DNA of 64,000 bases from NCBI RefSeq assembly GCF_009914755.1, contig NC_060927.1. One strand, 5' to 3'. Both the position numbers and the translations under genes were made by a program. The notes under the pieces are model-generated. The model saw only the letters and a list, made by a program, of their open reading frames with translations, was not told the DNA's origin and ran no database searches. This document shows, piece by piece, positions 52,605 through 64,000 of this stretch; the first letter of the stretch is position 1, and each line of letters begins with the position of its first letter. The DNA comes from the human T2T-CHM13v2.0 reference genome, Homo sapiens.

Positions 52605-55600
52605 TGTACTTTCCCCATGTCTCCAGATCCTTATAATGATCAAAGAGAAGATATATGTAGAGTTCCTCTGTCAGCTCAAATATTATTACTAGCAGCATCT
52701 CTTTGAACTTTTGTTTATAAGATCTTCAATTCCAACTCCATCTCATGAGTCATGACATCAACTCTAAATATCTCATTTACTCTTCTGTTGAAGCATGCAC
52801 TATGCAATGTGTGACACAGGTGAACGTGTACCTTATGGAATAACATGCCTAAGAGCTCTGGGGTGATTGGGCAAAGTCCTTGGTTATGTTCCCACCTGGA
52901 GAATCTATTTCACTCTAGGCAACTACTGGACAAATTCAGGCTACTGATTATGTAGGAGAGAGAGACAGAGACAGAGCTGGCTAGCCCTAATATGTCACCA
53001 TCAAATTGTGTCCAGTGAGGGAATGTCTTACACTGTCGTCCCCATGGAAGTCTGTAGCCTGAGTACAGCTTTCACCTGTACAGCACTGATGTTTATGCCT
53101 GCTTCAAGAATGACTGTGTTTGGGTTGTTTTTTGTTTTTTGTTTTTTTTTTATTGCTCACACACAAATGAGAAGGAATTACTGTATTTTTGTGTAGGTGT
53201 TTGTGTTCACTTTGCTGGTTTTAGGAGAGACTTCAACATGGGGCCATTCTTCTCTGTATTCCTTAGGCTGCAAGTGTGTCATAGTAAGCTGAGGCTGAGC
53301 CTGAGGCTGGGAGAGAGTTAAGGTGTTTCCCATTCATGGGTTTGAGCAGAAGAGGAAAGATCTGAGAAGCGCTGACCGAGCCAGGAAGCTGCTTTCACCA
53401 GCCGATGAACAAGTGTCTGGTGATCATGCATCTGTGCTTGGACAGGATTCTTCTGGGAAGGCCTGTGAGTCAGGGCCCCTGGGAGTCCTCGGCTGGGGAC
53501 TTCAAATGAGTCACTGTGCTTTCTGATGCCTGACAAATAAGTGGAAGATAATGCGCTTGCCTTCAGTCTGGAAGACGTGTGACCCTTTGGGGAAGAGGGT
53601 CAGCAGCGGGGAATTGTGTCACCAACGTTTCTTTTTCTGACCCTTGGCCTTTCCTGCAGATCCACGTCAAACACCATAACTGAGCAGCTTGATGTCTCAT
53701 TTTTGTGCTTATCTTGTTTTTCATCCTAATACTTTTTTCCTAAGTTGAATCATTCAGGGCTCTTGATGGCCTCTGAAATGAGTTGAATTTTCCTAGCCTG
53801 TCATTCAAATTCTGGCCCCTTCCTATTTTCCCATTGAGAATGCCCTGCTACTCCAACCAAATTCATCAGCTGGCCATTCCCTGAGTGCACCCAGACAGTT
53901 CCACCCTTGCTCACATTTCTCCTCTTGTCTGTGTCTTGTCTACACACCCCTTCTCTTTTTATGTAAACCTATTGAAATTCTGCTCTAGTCCCACATACTG
54001 GGTGGCAGTGGCCCCTTCCCCAACTACTCTAGCACCTGGCAACTCCTCTCAGCTCTGAGCCCTGCAGCCCTAGCTGCACCTCCAAACTTGGCACAGGCTC
54101 TCACCCGGCCACCTCTCCTTTATGTTGGGGATGTGTCTTGTACTTTGCTGTATTTCCAGAGCTTGTCAGGGGCTATAATATGTAATGGGTGCTCCATGAT
54201 ATTTGCTGTAGATAAGGATGAAACGATCTGCCGCCCTGAGCAATGCCCTGAATGCTTGTTCCTGGCGCCCTTGGCTTCTAGAAGAGCCTGCAGATGGAGT
54301 GGGGGAGGGATGCCGAAAGAAGAAACCCAGAGGGCAGCTCTGCTTATATATCTTCTGTACTGAGGTTTCAAGTAACATTAGCTTAAGAAAAAAGATTCTG
54401 TGCTGAAAATTTGAAAACTACTGGAAACTATTGTTATTGTTTCTACACCTAATTGATAAACTAGGGGAAATTCATACCCGACATTCAGTGGCACAGAGAA
54501 CTCATCAGAAAAGGAAGGATACAGAACAAGTGTGGGCATTTTACATGGCACCAGGAAAAAAATACCTGTCCTGTAGAAAGGGGTTTCTTAAACAATGAAC
54601 TTGCCAAGACCATCTAAATTCTAGAAGTTTGCATTTTGGGTCTCAAGAGGTCACAAGTGATTGAAGCTCCACAGTGAGTTCTACAAGGGGTTGGAGATCT
54701 GGCTCCTTTGTAAAATCCTTAGCAGGCCTTTGAGGGCCCCAGGGGACAGTGTAAAGCCCAGACTCATTGTTTGCTCCGGTAAAGCCTTGTTCGGATACAG
54801 GAGACAGAAGCCAATGCCAACTGGCTCAGTTAATAGGGGACTGGGGTTGGTGTGAGGTTATAGGTAAAGGAGACCTAGGACAGCAAGTCAGACTCAGCCA
54901 GGCCCAGGAAACCAGCACGGGAGAGTCACTCACATGGTTGGTTGCTCACTCCAGGCCCACTTCATCCCTGCTTCTGTCTGCCTGTCTCTGCTTGACATCT
55001 ACCAGCCCAGAGTCCACAAGACCTCATGGCTCCAAAGCCTGCTGCTATCTGGATGGCCAGCCACAGATGGCCTGCCACTCAGATCACATTTGTGAGATGG
55101 AGGCTCAGGTTGACCAGGCACAGCCCCTGCTGGGTCCACTCCATGCCTAATCAGTGAGAGGAAGGGGTTACCACAGGATCAAGAAGCACCAACAGGGCTG
55201 GCTGCAGAGGGTGGACAAGTAGAGCCCAGGCTGCCAAGACAAGGGCAGTGTGGGTGGGGAAAGAGTGCCCAGCCTTGCATTGACCCCTTGCCTAGCACCC
55301 TCATGGACCCAGAGACATCTGGCCCTGCAATTTGTTGGGTTTTGGAGCACACACTCACTGTGTAAGCACAGTAATATTGCAGTGGATATTTTCATAGCCA
55401 GCTTCCACCAATGATTGTAAGTTCTTGCTTCCTCCTAGGGCTGCAGTCTAGTTTCTCCCTCACAGTGTGGATCTTACAGCTTAGGGTGGAATCTGGTTGG
55501 CCAATTTTTCAGCTTTGACAACATGGAAAGTCAGAAAATAGACTTTCATAAACAGTGTGGTTGCCTCTTACATAAAAGGTAGTGTCTAAAGTCAGCACAC

Positions 55601-55942
55601 ACAGGGAAATACATGGAATCAAAATGTCTCCTGAGAATCCTTTGAATCACCCATAAAGAATGGGACGCATACATCTCTCAGGAAGCCTAATATAGCCATT
55701 TTCTTCTAGCACTAGACAGACCATGTGTTTTTGGCTGACAACCAAGCAATGTGGTTGGTTTGCATTCAGGATCATGTTTAATGAAAAATCTTTAGATCCC
55801 TTCTCAGGTATTTAAAAGAAAAAAAAAAAAAGCTATGTGCCAAAGAGGCCCATGGTAACCTAGAACCTCAGGGAAATGCAGGTTCTCTCTGAGGCATCTT
55901 CTCATGGGAATGTGAGGGGGGATGCTTTCAACATTAAATCGC

Positions 55943-56118
55943 CTCCCTGCCTTCCTTCTTTCCTCCCTCCCTCCATTTTTCCTTCCTTCCTTCCTTCTTT
56001 CCTTCCTTCCTTCCTTCCTTCCTTCCTTCTTTCCTTTCTTCCTTCCTTCCTTCCTTCCTTCCTTCTTTCCTTTCTTCCTTCCTTCCTTCCTTTCCTTCCT
56101 TCTCCCTTCCTTTCTCTC
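55943..56118 (+). repeat. (CCTT)n pyrimidine-rich microsatellite
   Basis: About 175 bp, almost entirely C/T. Confidence 0.95.
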
Positions 56119-56524
56119 TGGGAAGGATATATTGTTAAATTGCCTTAGGTTAGCTGTACATGGGATGTCACCATAAGAGGACAGCACCCCTGTCTGTCCC
56201 TCTCCCCTTCTCGCACATGGGGATGAGATACTCTCTCAGGCAGGGACTGTCCTGTGGTCTGCAGTGCCTCTCCCTATACCTTCCCCAGCCCCCGGCACCA
56301 CATATCCTAGCCCCCTGCATGCGCTACATCCTGCTGTAATGACCCCTGATTAACGAGTTGATTCTAACCCTGCTGTGCCCAGTTCCTCTACCTGAGAAGT
56401 GAGCTTTAACAAAGAAGGAGACAGGCTGCATAAAATGAAAACACCTGATTTTGAACAATTAGCTAGATATGGAAGGCTAATCTTTCAGATCATCTTTCTA
56501 AAAATGAAAAAATGGACTAGATCT

Positions 56525-56722
56525 CTGGTCCTTAAACTTGGCCATCCATCAGAATCACCTGCAGAGCACAGATTCTGGTTCAGTAGCTCTGGGGCAGGTC
56601 AAGAATCTGCATGTCTGACACTACCGCCTCTGCTGCCGACACTACCGCTTCTGCTGCCGTCACCACTGCCAGGTCTGCCCCACTCAATGCTGGTGCTACC
56701 GGTCAGCCAGAACCACACTGCA
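56525..56722. mobile_element. MER5A-like MITE containing a 21-bp tandem repeat
   Basis: aaacttggcc...catcagaatcacctg...aagaatctgcat...gaaccacactg. Confidence 0.55.
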
Positions 56723-58085
56723 TATCCCTGGAAAGGGTGCTTGGTTGGAAGGCCTTTGTGAGAGAAACAGCCTTAGTGTCCCTCGTGCATAAACTGAGGA
56801 TAATAGTTGTCTGCTCGTGTTATGTAGATTTGTTGCGAGCACTAAATGACTTAATATTTGTAGTGTTTAGAACTGTGTCTGATACAAAGTAATGGCCATA
56901 CAAGTGTTTTTAAGTAACAGTAATTTTTAGAGTCCCATGCCTATTATCCACAAGTAAACTCTAGTCTTATACCTCTAGAACAAATGAAATCAACTTCCTT
57001 AGATACAGCTGAAATCCTGGCCTGAGTTCAGCTGAAAGCCTGGGCTTAGATGGCTGGAAAACAAAATAAGAAGTGTGAATGTTCCTCATAACTTTTCCCA
57101 GCCCTGGAGCACAGATAACCTACAAGATCTGGACTGAATCTGCTGTTTCAGGCAGCATGATGCCCTGGGCTGGGCTGGAAGAGACAGGAACAGGCACAGG
57201 CCTTCCGTGGCTGCTGCCTTGGCCACTGATGGCACAATTATCATTCCCCACAACAGGGCCCAGCTAGCCTCAGATCACCTCCCAGAGGCACCTCTGCTGA
57301 ACTCTCCATGACATGTTGGTCCCACTAGTTTCTATCAATCACATCCGCATGCTGTTTCATCACAATAGTAACCACTGTTTAAAATGACCTGATTTATGTG
57401 TATCTGTTTATTTATTATGCCTTCTCCACTAGAATGTAAGCATTTATGTCTCATCCTCTACTACACCCCAGCACCTAGCACAATGCTGACACATAGTAGA
57501 ATGCTCAGTAAATATGTGTTGAATGTATGAACCACAAGTGTCAAAGGGTATGAAATTGAAGGGGAAAATATCATATATTCTTTTCATTTTGCCTGTCATC
57601 ACCTTTCTCTCTCTTACTACTGTGAGTTGAAAGCTGCTTTCTAAGAGCCAGTAGTGTGAAGCAGACTACTAGCAGACTGAAAGCAGACAGTCCTGTGCTG
57701 GAACTGCTAACCATGGGAGAAGGGACCCTCCCAACTTTACTTGGAAGGCTCTCAGTCTTGCCTGACTGCTGGTCGATGGGACGTTTGTCTTAAAGTATCA
57801 GCAAAGTACAAAGGCACTGGCTGGTGCCTGGATGAGCTTTATTCTCAGAAATATTCACATACTCTAAATGGGAGATGTCAAACCCATGCCAATAGCTCCA
57901 TTAAAACCCAGGCTTCCCACCAAGAGCAACTGGCATGGTTTTCTATTTGCTTCTCTTGACCATCAGTGATAAAATTTACTATTTTATATAGAGAGACAGA
58001 ACATGTGTTGGGCATCTCAGTAGTTCAAACCAAAGACAGAAAAACACCTCTTACATGTATGTAATAGATTTTTTTAAATATACAG

Positions 58086-58237
58086 TTTTCCTTTTTTTAA
58101 TTAATTCATTTATTTATTATAGAGATGGAGTCTCACTGTGTTGGCCAGGGTGGTCTTGAACTCCTGGCCTCAAGCAATCCTTCCACCTCAGCCTCCCAAA
58201 GTGCTGGGATTACAGGTGTGAGCTACCACACCTGGCA
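58086..58237 (-). mobile_element. Alu left monomer (FLAM-like)
   Basis: Single arm with T-rich tail. Confidence 0.85.
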
Positions 58238-58284
58238 GTAATAGATGAATTTACTTGTACAACAAACACAAATTTTTGTGTTGT

Positions 58285-58494
58285 GCGGTTTCTCACTAGG
58301 GCCACGGTCGGCCTCTGGGCAGAGATACTATTATGTGGTGTGGGATTTTCCCACATGGTAGGACATTTAGCATCCCCCGTCCCTGGGGAACTAAATGCCA
58401 GTAGCCCCCAGGAGAATTTGTGACATCCAGAAAATGCCCCCAGGCATTTCCAAACACCTTCTGATGGGTGAGACTGCCCATTTGAGAATCACTA
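58285..58494. mobile_element. MER20-like hAT MITE
   Basis: Ends ggtttctca / tgagaatcact, with internal aggacatttagcatccc...atgccagtagc. Confidence 0.6.
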
Positions 58495-59607
58495 GGCAGG
58501 GAAAAGTAAATTCCTTCATTTTACTTCAAATGGGGTGTGTTAGCATCATCTTGCTTGAGCAGCTTTAAAAAAATAGTTTCTAATTACATACATAACACAT
58601 TCTCTTTGCAAACAAATCCTATAGATAAAGCTGAAGTCTCCTTTGACGCCCACTTCCAGTTCTAGTCACTCCCCGCTTCTCTGAGGAAGTGAGAGTAACT
58701 GACATGGTTTCTACCTTCAAGACCCTTTGCTTTATGTTTATATACAGATGTAGGAACCTGCATACAAGTATAACGGAGTGTTGTTGGTGTGTGTTTGTGC
58801 TGTGTATTTCATCTGCAACTTGAATTTTTTACTCCACAATACCTGTTGAAGGTCTTTCCATGTCCAAACACGTAGAAATGCCTCATCCTACAGCCGAGTA
58901 ATATGTAATGACTGCACAGCATTTTATCATGTTGATGGGCCTCTTAGCAAAGAGCTGCAAAGGAAATCAATTCCCTGGATGAGGCGTTGCCTGTGGTCTG
59001 GTCACAGGACCAAATTAGACAAAAGCTGAGGTCATTTTGAATCATCCCCTCCAACCCTGCCGCAGTCCACAGAACAAAGCAGTGGCCTGACTTGAATTTG
59101 AACATAGTATCTCTAAGCCTGGGTATTCTGGCATTGTGTAAACACAGATCTCTGAGCCTACTGCACTGAAATGGATTCATTTCCTTTTTTAGCTTCTGGC
59201 ATGGCATTTTTAGTTGATAAATTGTGGTTCTAAGGAAGCAGGTTTGATGATCCCCTTTGTCCTTCAACCAAGTGTGTAAAGGAGGATGTTTACTTTTATG
59301 GGTAATTACAGGTCTATGAATTGAGCACTTAATATGAGGCACCTTCATCCCTTATCTCAAGTCCTCACAACAGTCCTTTGCAGGAGGTATTAGTAGCTCA
59401 TTTTTGCAGGGAAGAAAACTGAGACTTGCGGAGATTACATAATTTGTCTAAGGCAAATCAGTTAGTAAGTGACACAAACCCAGGGCTTACTCTCAGATAA
59501 TAATTATCACTAATTTATTTATTTATTCAACAATATTCATTGAATGTCTATCATGTGCTGGAAATGGTACCCAGCACTAAGAATACATCAGTAAACAAGG
59601 TAGTAAA

Positions 59608-60425
59608 CAAAGCCAACAAGCATATGAAAAAATGTTCAACATCACCAATCATTAGATAAATGCAAATAACCACAGTGAGATACCACCTTGCACCATCAGA
59701 CTGGCTATTATTAAAAAGTCTAAAAATAACAGATGCTGGTGAGGTTGCAGAGAAAAGGGAACACTTATACACTGCTGGTGGGAGTGTAAACTAGTTCATC
59801 TGCTGTGGAAAGCAGTTTGGTGATTTCCCAGAGAACTTAAAACAGAACTGCCACTCCACCCAGCAATCCTATTACTATACTCAAAAAAAATACCCAAAGG
59901 AATATAAATCGTTCTGCTGTAAAGACACATGGATGCATGTTTATCGCAGCACCATTCACAATAGCAAAGACATGAATCAACCTAAATGCCCACCAGTGGT
60001 GGACCGGATAAAGAAAATGTGGTACATAGACACCATGGAATACTATGCAGCCATAAAAAGAATGAGATCATGCCCTCTGCAGTAACATGGATAGAGCTGG
60101 AGGCCATTATCCTAAGCGAATTCATGCAGGAACAGAAAAACAAATGCTGCATTTTCTCACTTAGAAGTGGGAGCTAAACATTGAGTACACATGGACACAA
60201 AGAGGAGAACAATAGACAACAGGGTCTACTTGACAGTGGAGGGTAGGAGAAGGGTGAGGGTCAAAAAACTTCCTATCAGGTACTATGCTTGTTACTTGGG
60301 TGATGAAATAATCTACACACCAAACCCCTGTGACATGCAATTTGCCTATGTAACAAATCTGCACATTGTACCCCCTGAACCGAAAAAGAAAGTTGGAAAG
60401 TTGGAAGAAAAAGAAAATAAAACAA
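59608..60425 (+). mobile_element. 5'-truncated old L1P (PA15/PB-like) 3' end inserted in L2
   Basis: ORF2 C-terminal remnant plus 3' UTR (gtaacaaatctgcac...); L2-like flanks at 59510-59600 and 60430-61500. Confidence 0.8.
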
Positions 60426-62039
60426 AGATGAGATCTTTGCCCTTCTAGATTCTAGACCTGACATTCTAGTGGGGGACAGAATAGGTAAACAAACAATCTT
60501 TTAGGGAACATTAAGTACTATGAATGAACATCTTTTAGGGAACATTAAGTACTATGAATGACCATAAAGCATAATAAAGGGACAATGAGTTGCAGAAGGG
60601 CCTTTTTAGAAAGGGTGTTGGATAAGACCTCCCTGGAGTTGTGACATTCAAGCAGAGACCTGAATGAAGCAAGAGAGTGGGCCATGCCAAATCTCAAGTG
60701 AACCAGTGTTGCAGGCAGAGATCAGTAGGTGCAAAGGCTCTAAGGCAGGATATTCTGGATATGTTCAGGAAACATAAAAAGGCTGACAAGGTCATATTGG
60801 AGTCACCAAGGCAGAGAGAGATAGGAGGTAAGATCAGAGAGGAAGCCAGACCCAGTTCACTTGAACTGTTCTAGGCCTAACATGCCACTCCACCAGCAAC
60901 TCCACGGGTTGATTCTGAATGTGATAGGAAGCCTTTGGAGCATTTTGAACAGAAGAGTAGTATGATCTTGTTTAAGTTTTTAGAGAATCATCCTGGCTCC
61001 TATGTGGAGAAATGTTGGTAGGTGGGGAAGAGTAGATTTAAGGACACAAAGTAGGAGACTACTATAAAAATCCAGGGAAGAGGTCATAGATTGGCCCAGA
61101 GCAGTAAGCTGTGGAGAAGGTAAGATGGTAAGAAGTGGTTGAATTTGTGTGTGTTTCGAAGGTAGAGCTGATAAAGCTTTTTGATGAATTGAATAACTTT
61201 TAAAGAAGAAAAGCAGTTAAGGATGATTCCAACCTTTTTACCTGGGCGTCTCACTGGAGGTGGTGCCATTTACTGAAATTAGAAAGCCTGGCGTGGAGTG
61301 GCGAGTGGGGACCAAATTCGAGGAGGAGTGGGGAATCAAGAATTCTATTTTTGACATGTTACAATTGTGAGGCCTGTTAGACCTGCAGATAGAAGTGTTG
61401 AATCAGCAAATGAATTCATCAAGAAAAGAGTCCGGGCTAGAGATACTAATTTGGGAGTTGTTGACGTCTTGATGATCTTTACAGGTGTGGGATTTAATGA
61501 GCTTAATGGGAATTAAGTAAAACTATTTTGCTTATTACTTATTATGGGTAGGTCACAGCACTTTGTGCTTGGAGTATACCAGCAAGCAAGGCAGACACAG
61601 TGATTATTCTAAGTGGTTTGCTCCGAGCCCTGCATGCCACCAGGAATGGTCTTGACTTTTGTTATTGTTAAACTTATTAAATGTTGGAGTGGACGCAAAC
61701 TTAGAGATGACCAAGTACAAATTCCAAAACCTCTCTCAAATTTACAACTGAGGAAACTGAGGCATGGAGAAGTTAAGTAATTTGTTAAAACCTAGTGTTT
61801 AAAAACCATGTATACTTTAGAGTTTTCAATAATATTCAGTCCAAAGCGTTCATATTCTTCCTTTTTATTTGTATTTTTCTTATAGTCTAAGAAAGGAAGT
61901 TAAGTTGAGGGGATAGTAAAAAAGATAATTAGAGACTTTGCCTAAAAGACCTATGAGAGATTCAATTGAATTCAATAACTAATTATTGAATGCCTATTGT
62001 GCTAGAAACTATGGGTATAAAGACGACTAAGAAGACAAT

Positions 62040-63145
<1,106 letters not shown>

Positions 63146-63674
63146 GAGAATTGCCTGGGAAGCAAGTTCAGGGTGAGAATGGAGAGCCAAGGGCAGAATC
63201 CTGTGAAGCACCAATACTGAAAAGACAAGTAGCAAAGGAAGGTCTGTGAAGAAAACAGATGGTCAGGAGTAGAAGATTAAGAGAAAGAAGAGTTAATATT
63301 ATGGAAACCAAGGGAAAGTCTTCCAAGAAGGAACTGCATAGCAGAGGCAAATGCTAGAGTGATGTCATCAGTGAAAACCAAGACACAGCCACCAAACACA
63401 GTGGACATCCATGACTGCAATCTGAACACACCAGCTGTGAAGACATTGCCAGAATAATTGAGGAAATAGGAATGTGGAATGTGTGTATAAGATGATACGA
63501 CAGATTTGTTGTTAATTTTCTTGGTTTGATATGATACTATGGGTGTGTAGGAAGATGTTCACTTTTTTAAAAAAAAGCATACTGAATTATTTCAGGGTGA
63601 AACGTTAGAATGTCTATAATGAACAATAATTTAGCAGATAAAATGGATGAAACAAGGCAAAATAGTAACAATGG

Positions 63675-63999
<325 letters not shown>

Positions 64000-64000
64000 C

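Noticed and set aside
55804-56187. Lys/Glu/Arg-rich and Phe/Leu/Pro-rich ORFs
   Set aside because: Translations of the (CCTT)n microsatellite.

Overview
This is primate (human-like) genomic DNA. Bases 1-16.2 kb carry the 3' part of PXYLP1/ACPL2 (2-phosphoxylose phosphatase 1, histidine acid phosphatase family) on the + strand: four coding exons with GT-AG junctions that join in frame, plus a ~1.4 kb 3' UTR containing a MER58-type MITE. The rest is non-coding and dense in repeats. It holds a full-length but inactivated minus-strand L1PA element (13-bp TSD), a strong CTCF motif, a PHF5A processed pseudogene, a CpG-rich promoter-like island with tandem ZNF143/SBS and ETS motifs flanked by two ERV LTRs, a Charlie1 transposon with nested insertions, a complete THE1 provirus, many Alus, MaLRs, L2/MIR fragments and microsatellites. 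Almost all ORFs in the supplied track are spurious or repeat-derived. No new protein-coding system is supported. The best candidate for something undescribed is the promoter-like island at ~33 kb and the TE/pseudogene-built transcripts it could drive. Repeat subfamily names and consensus comparisons come from recall of the consensus sequences, not from a database search.
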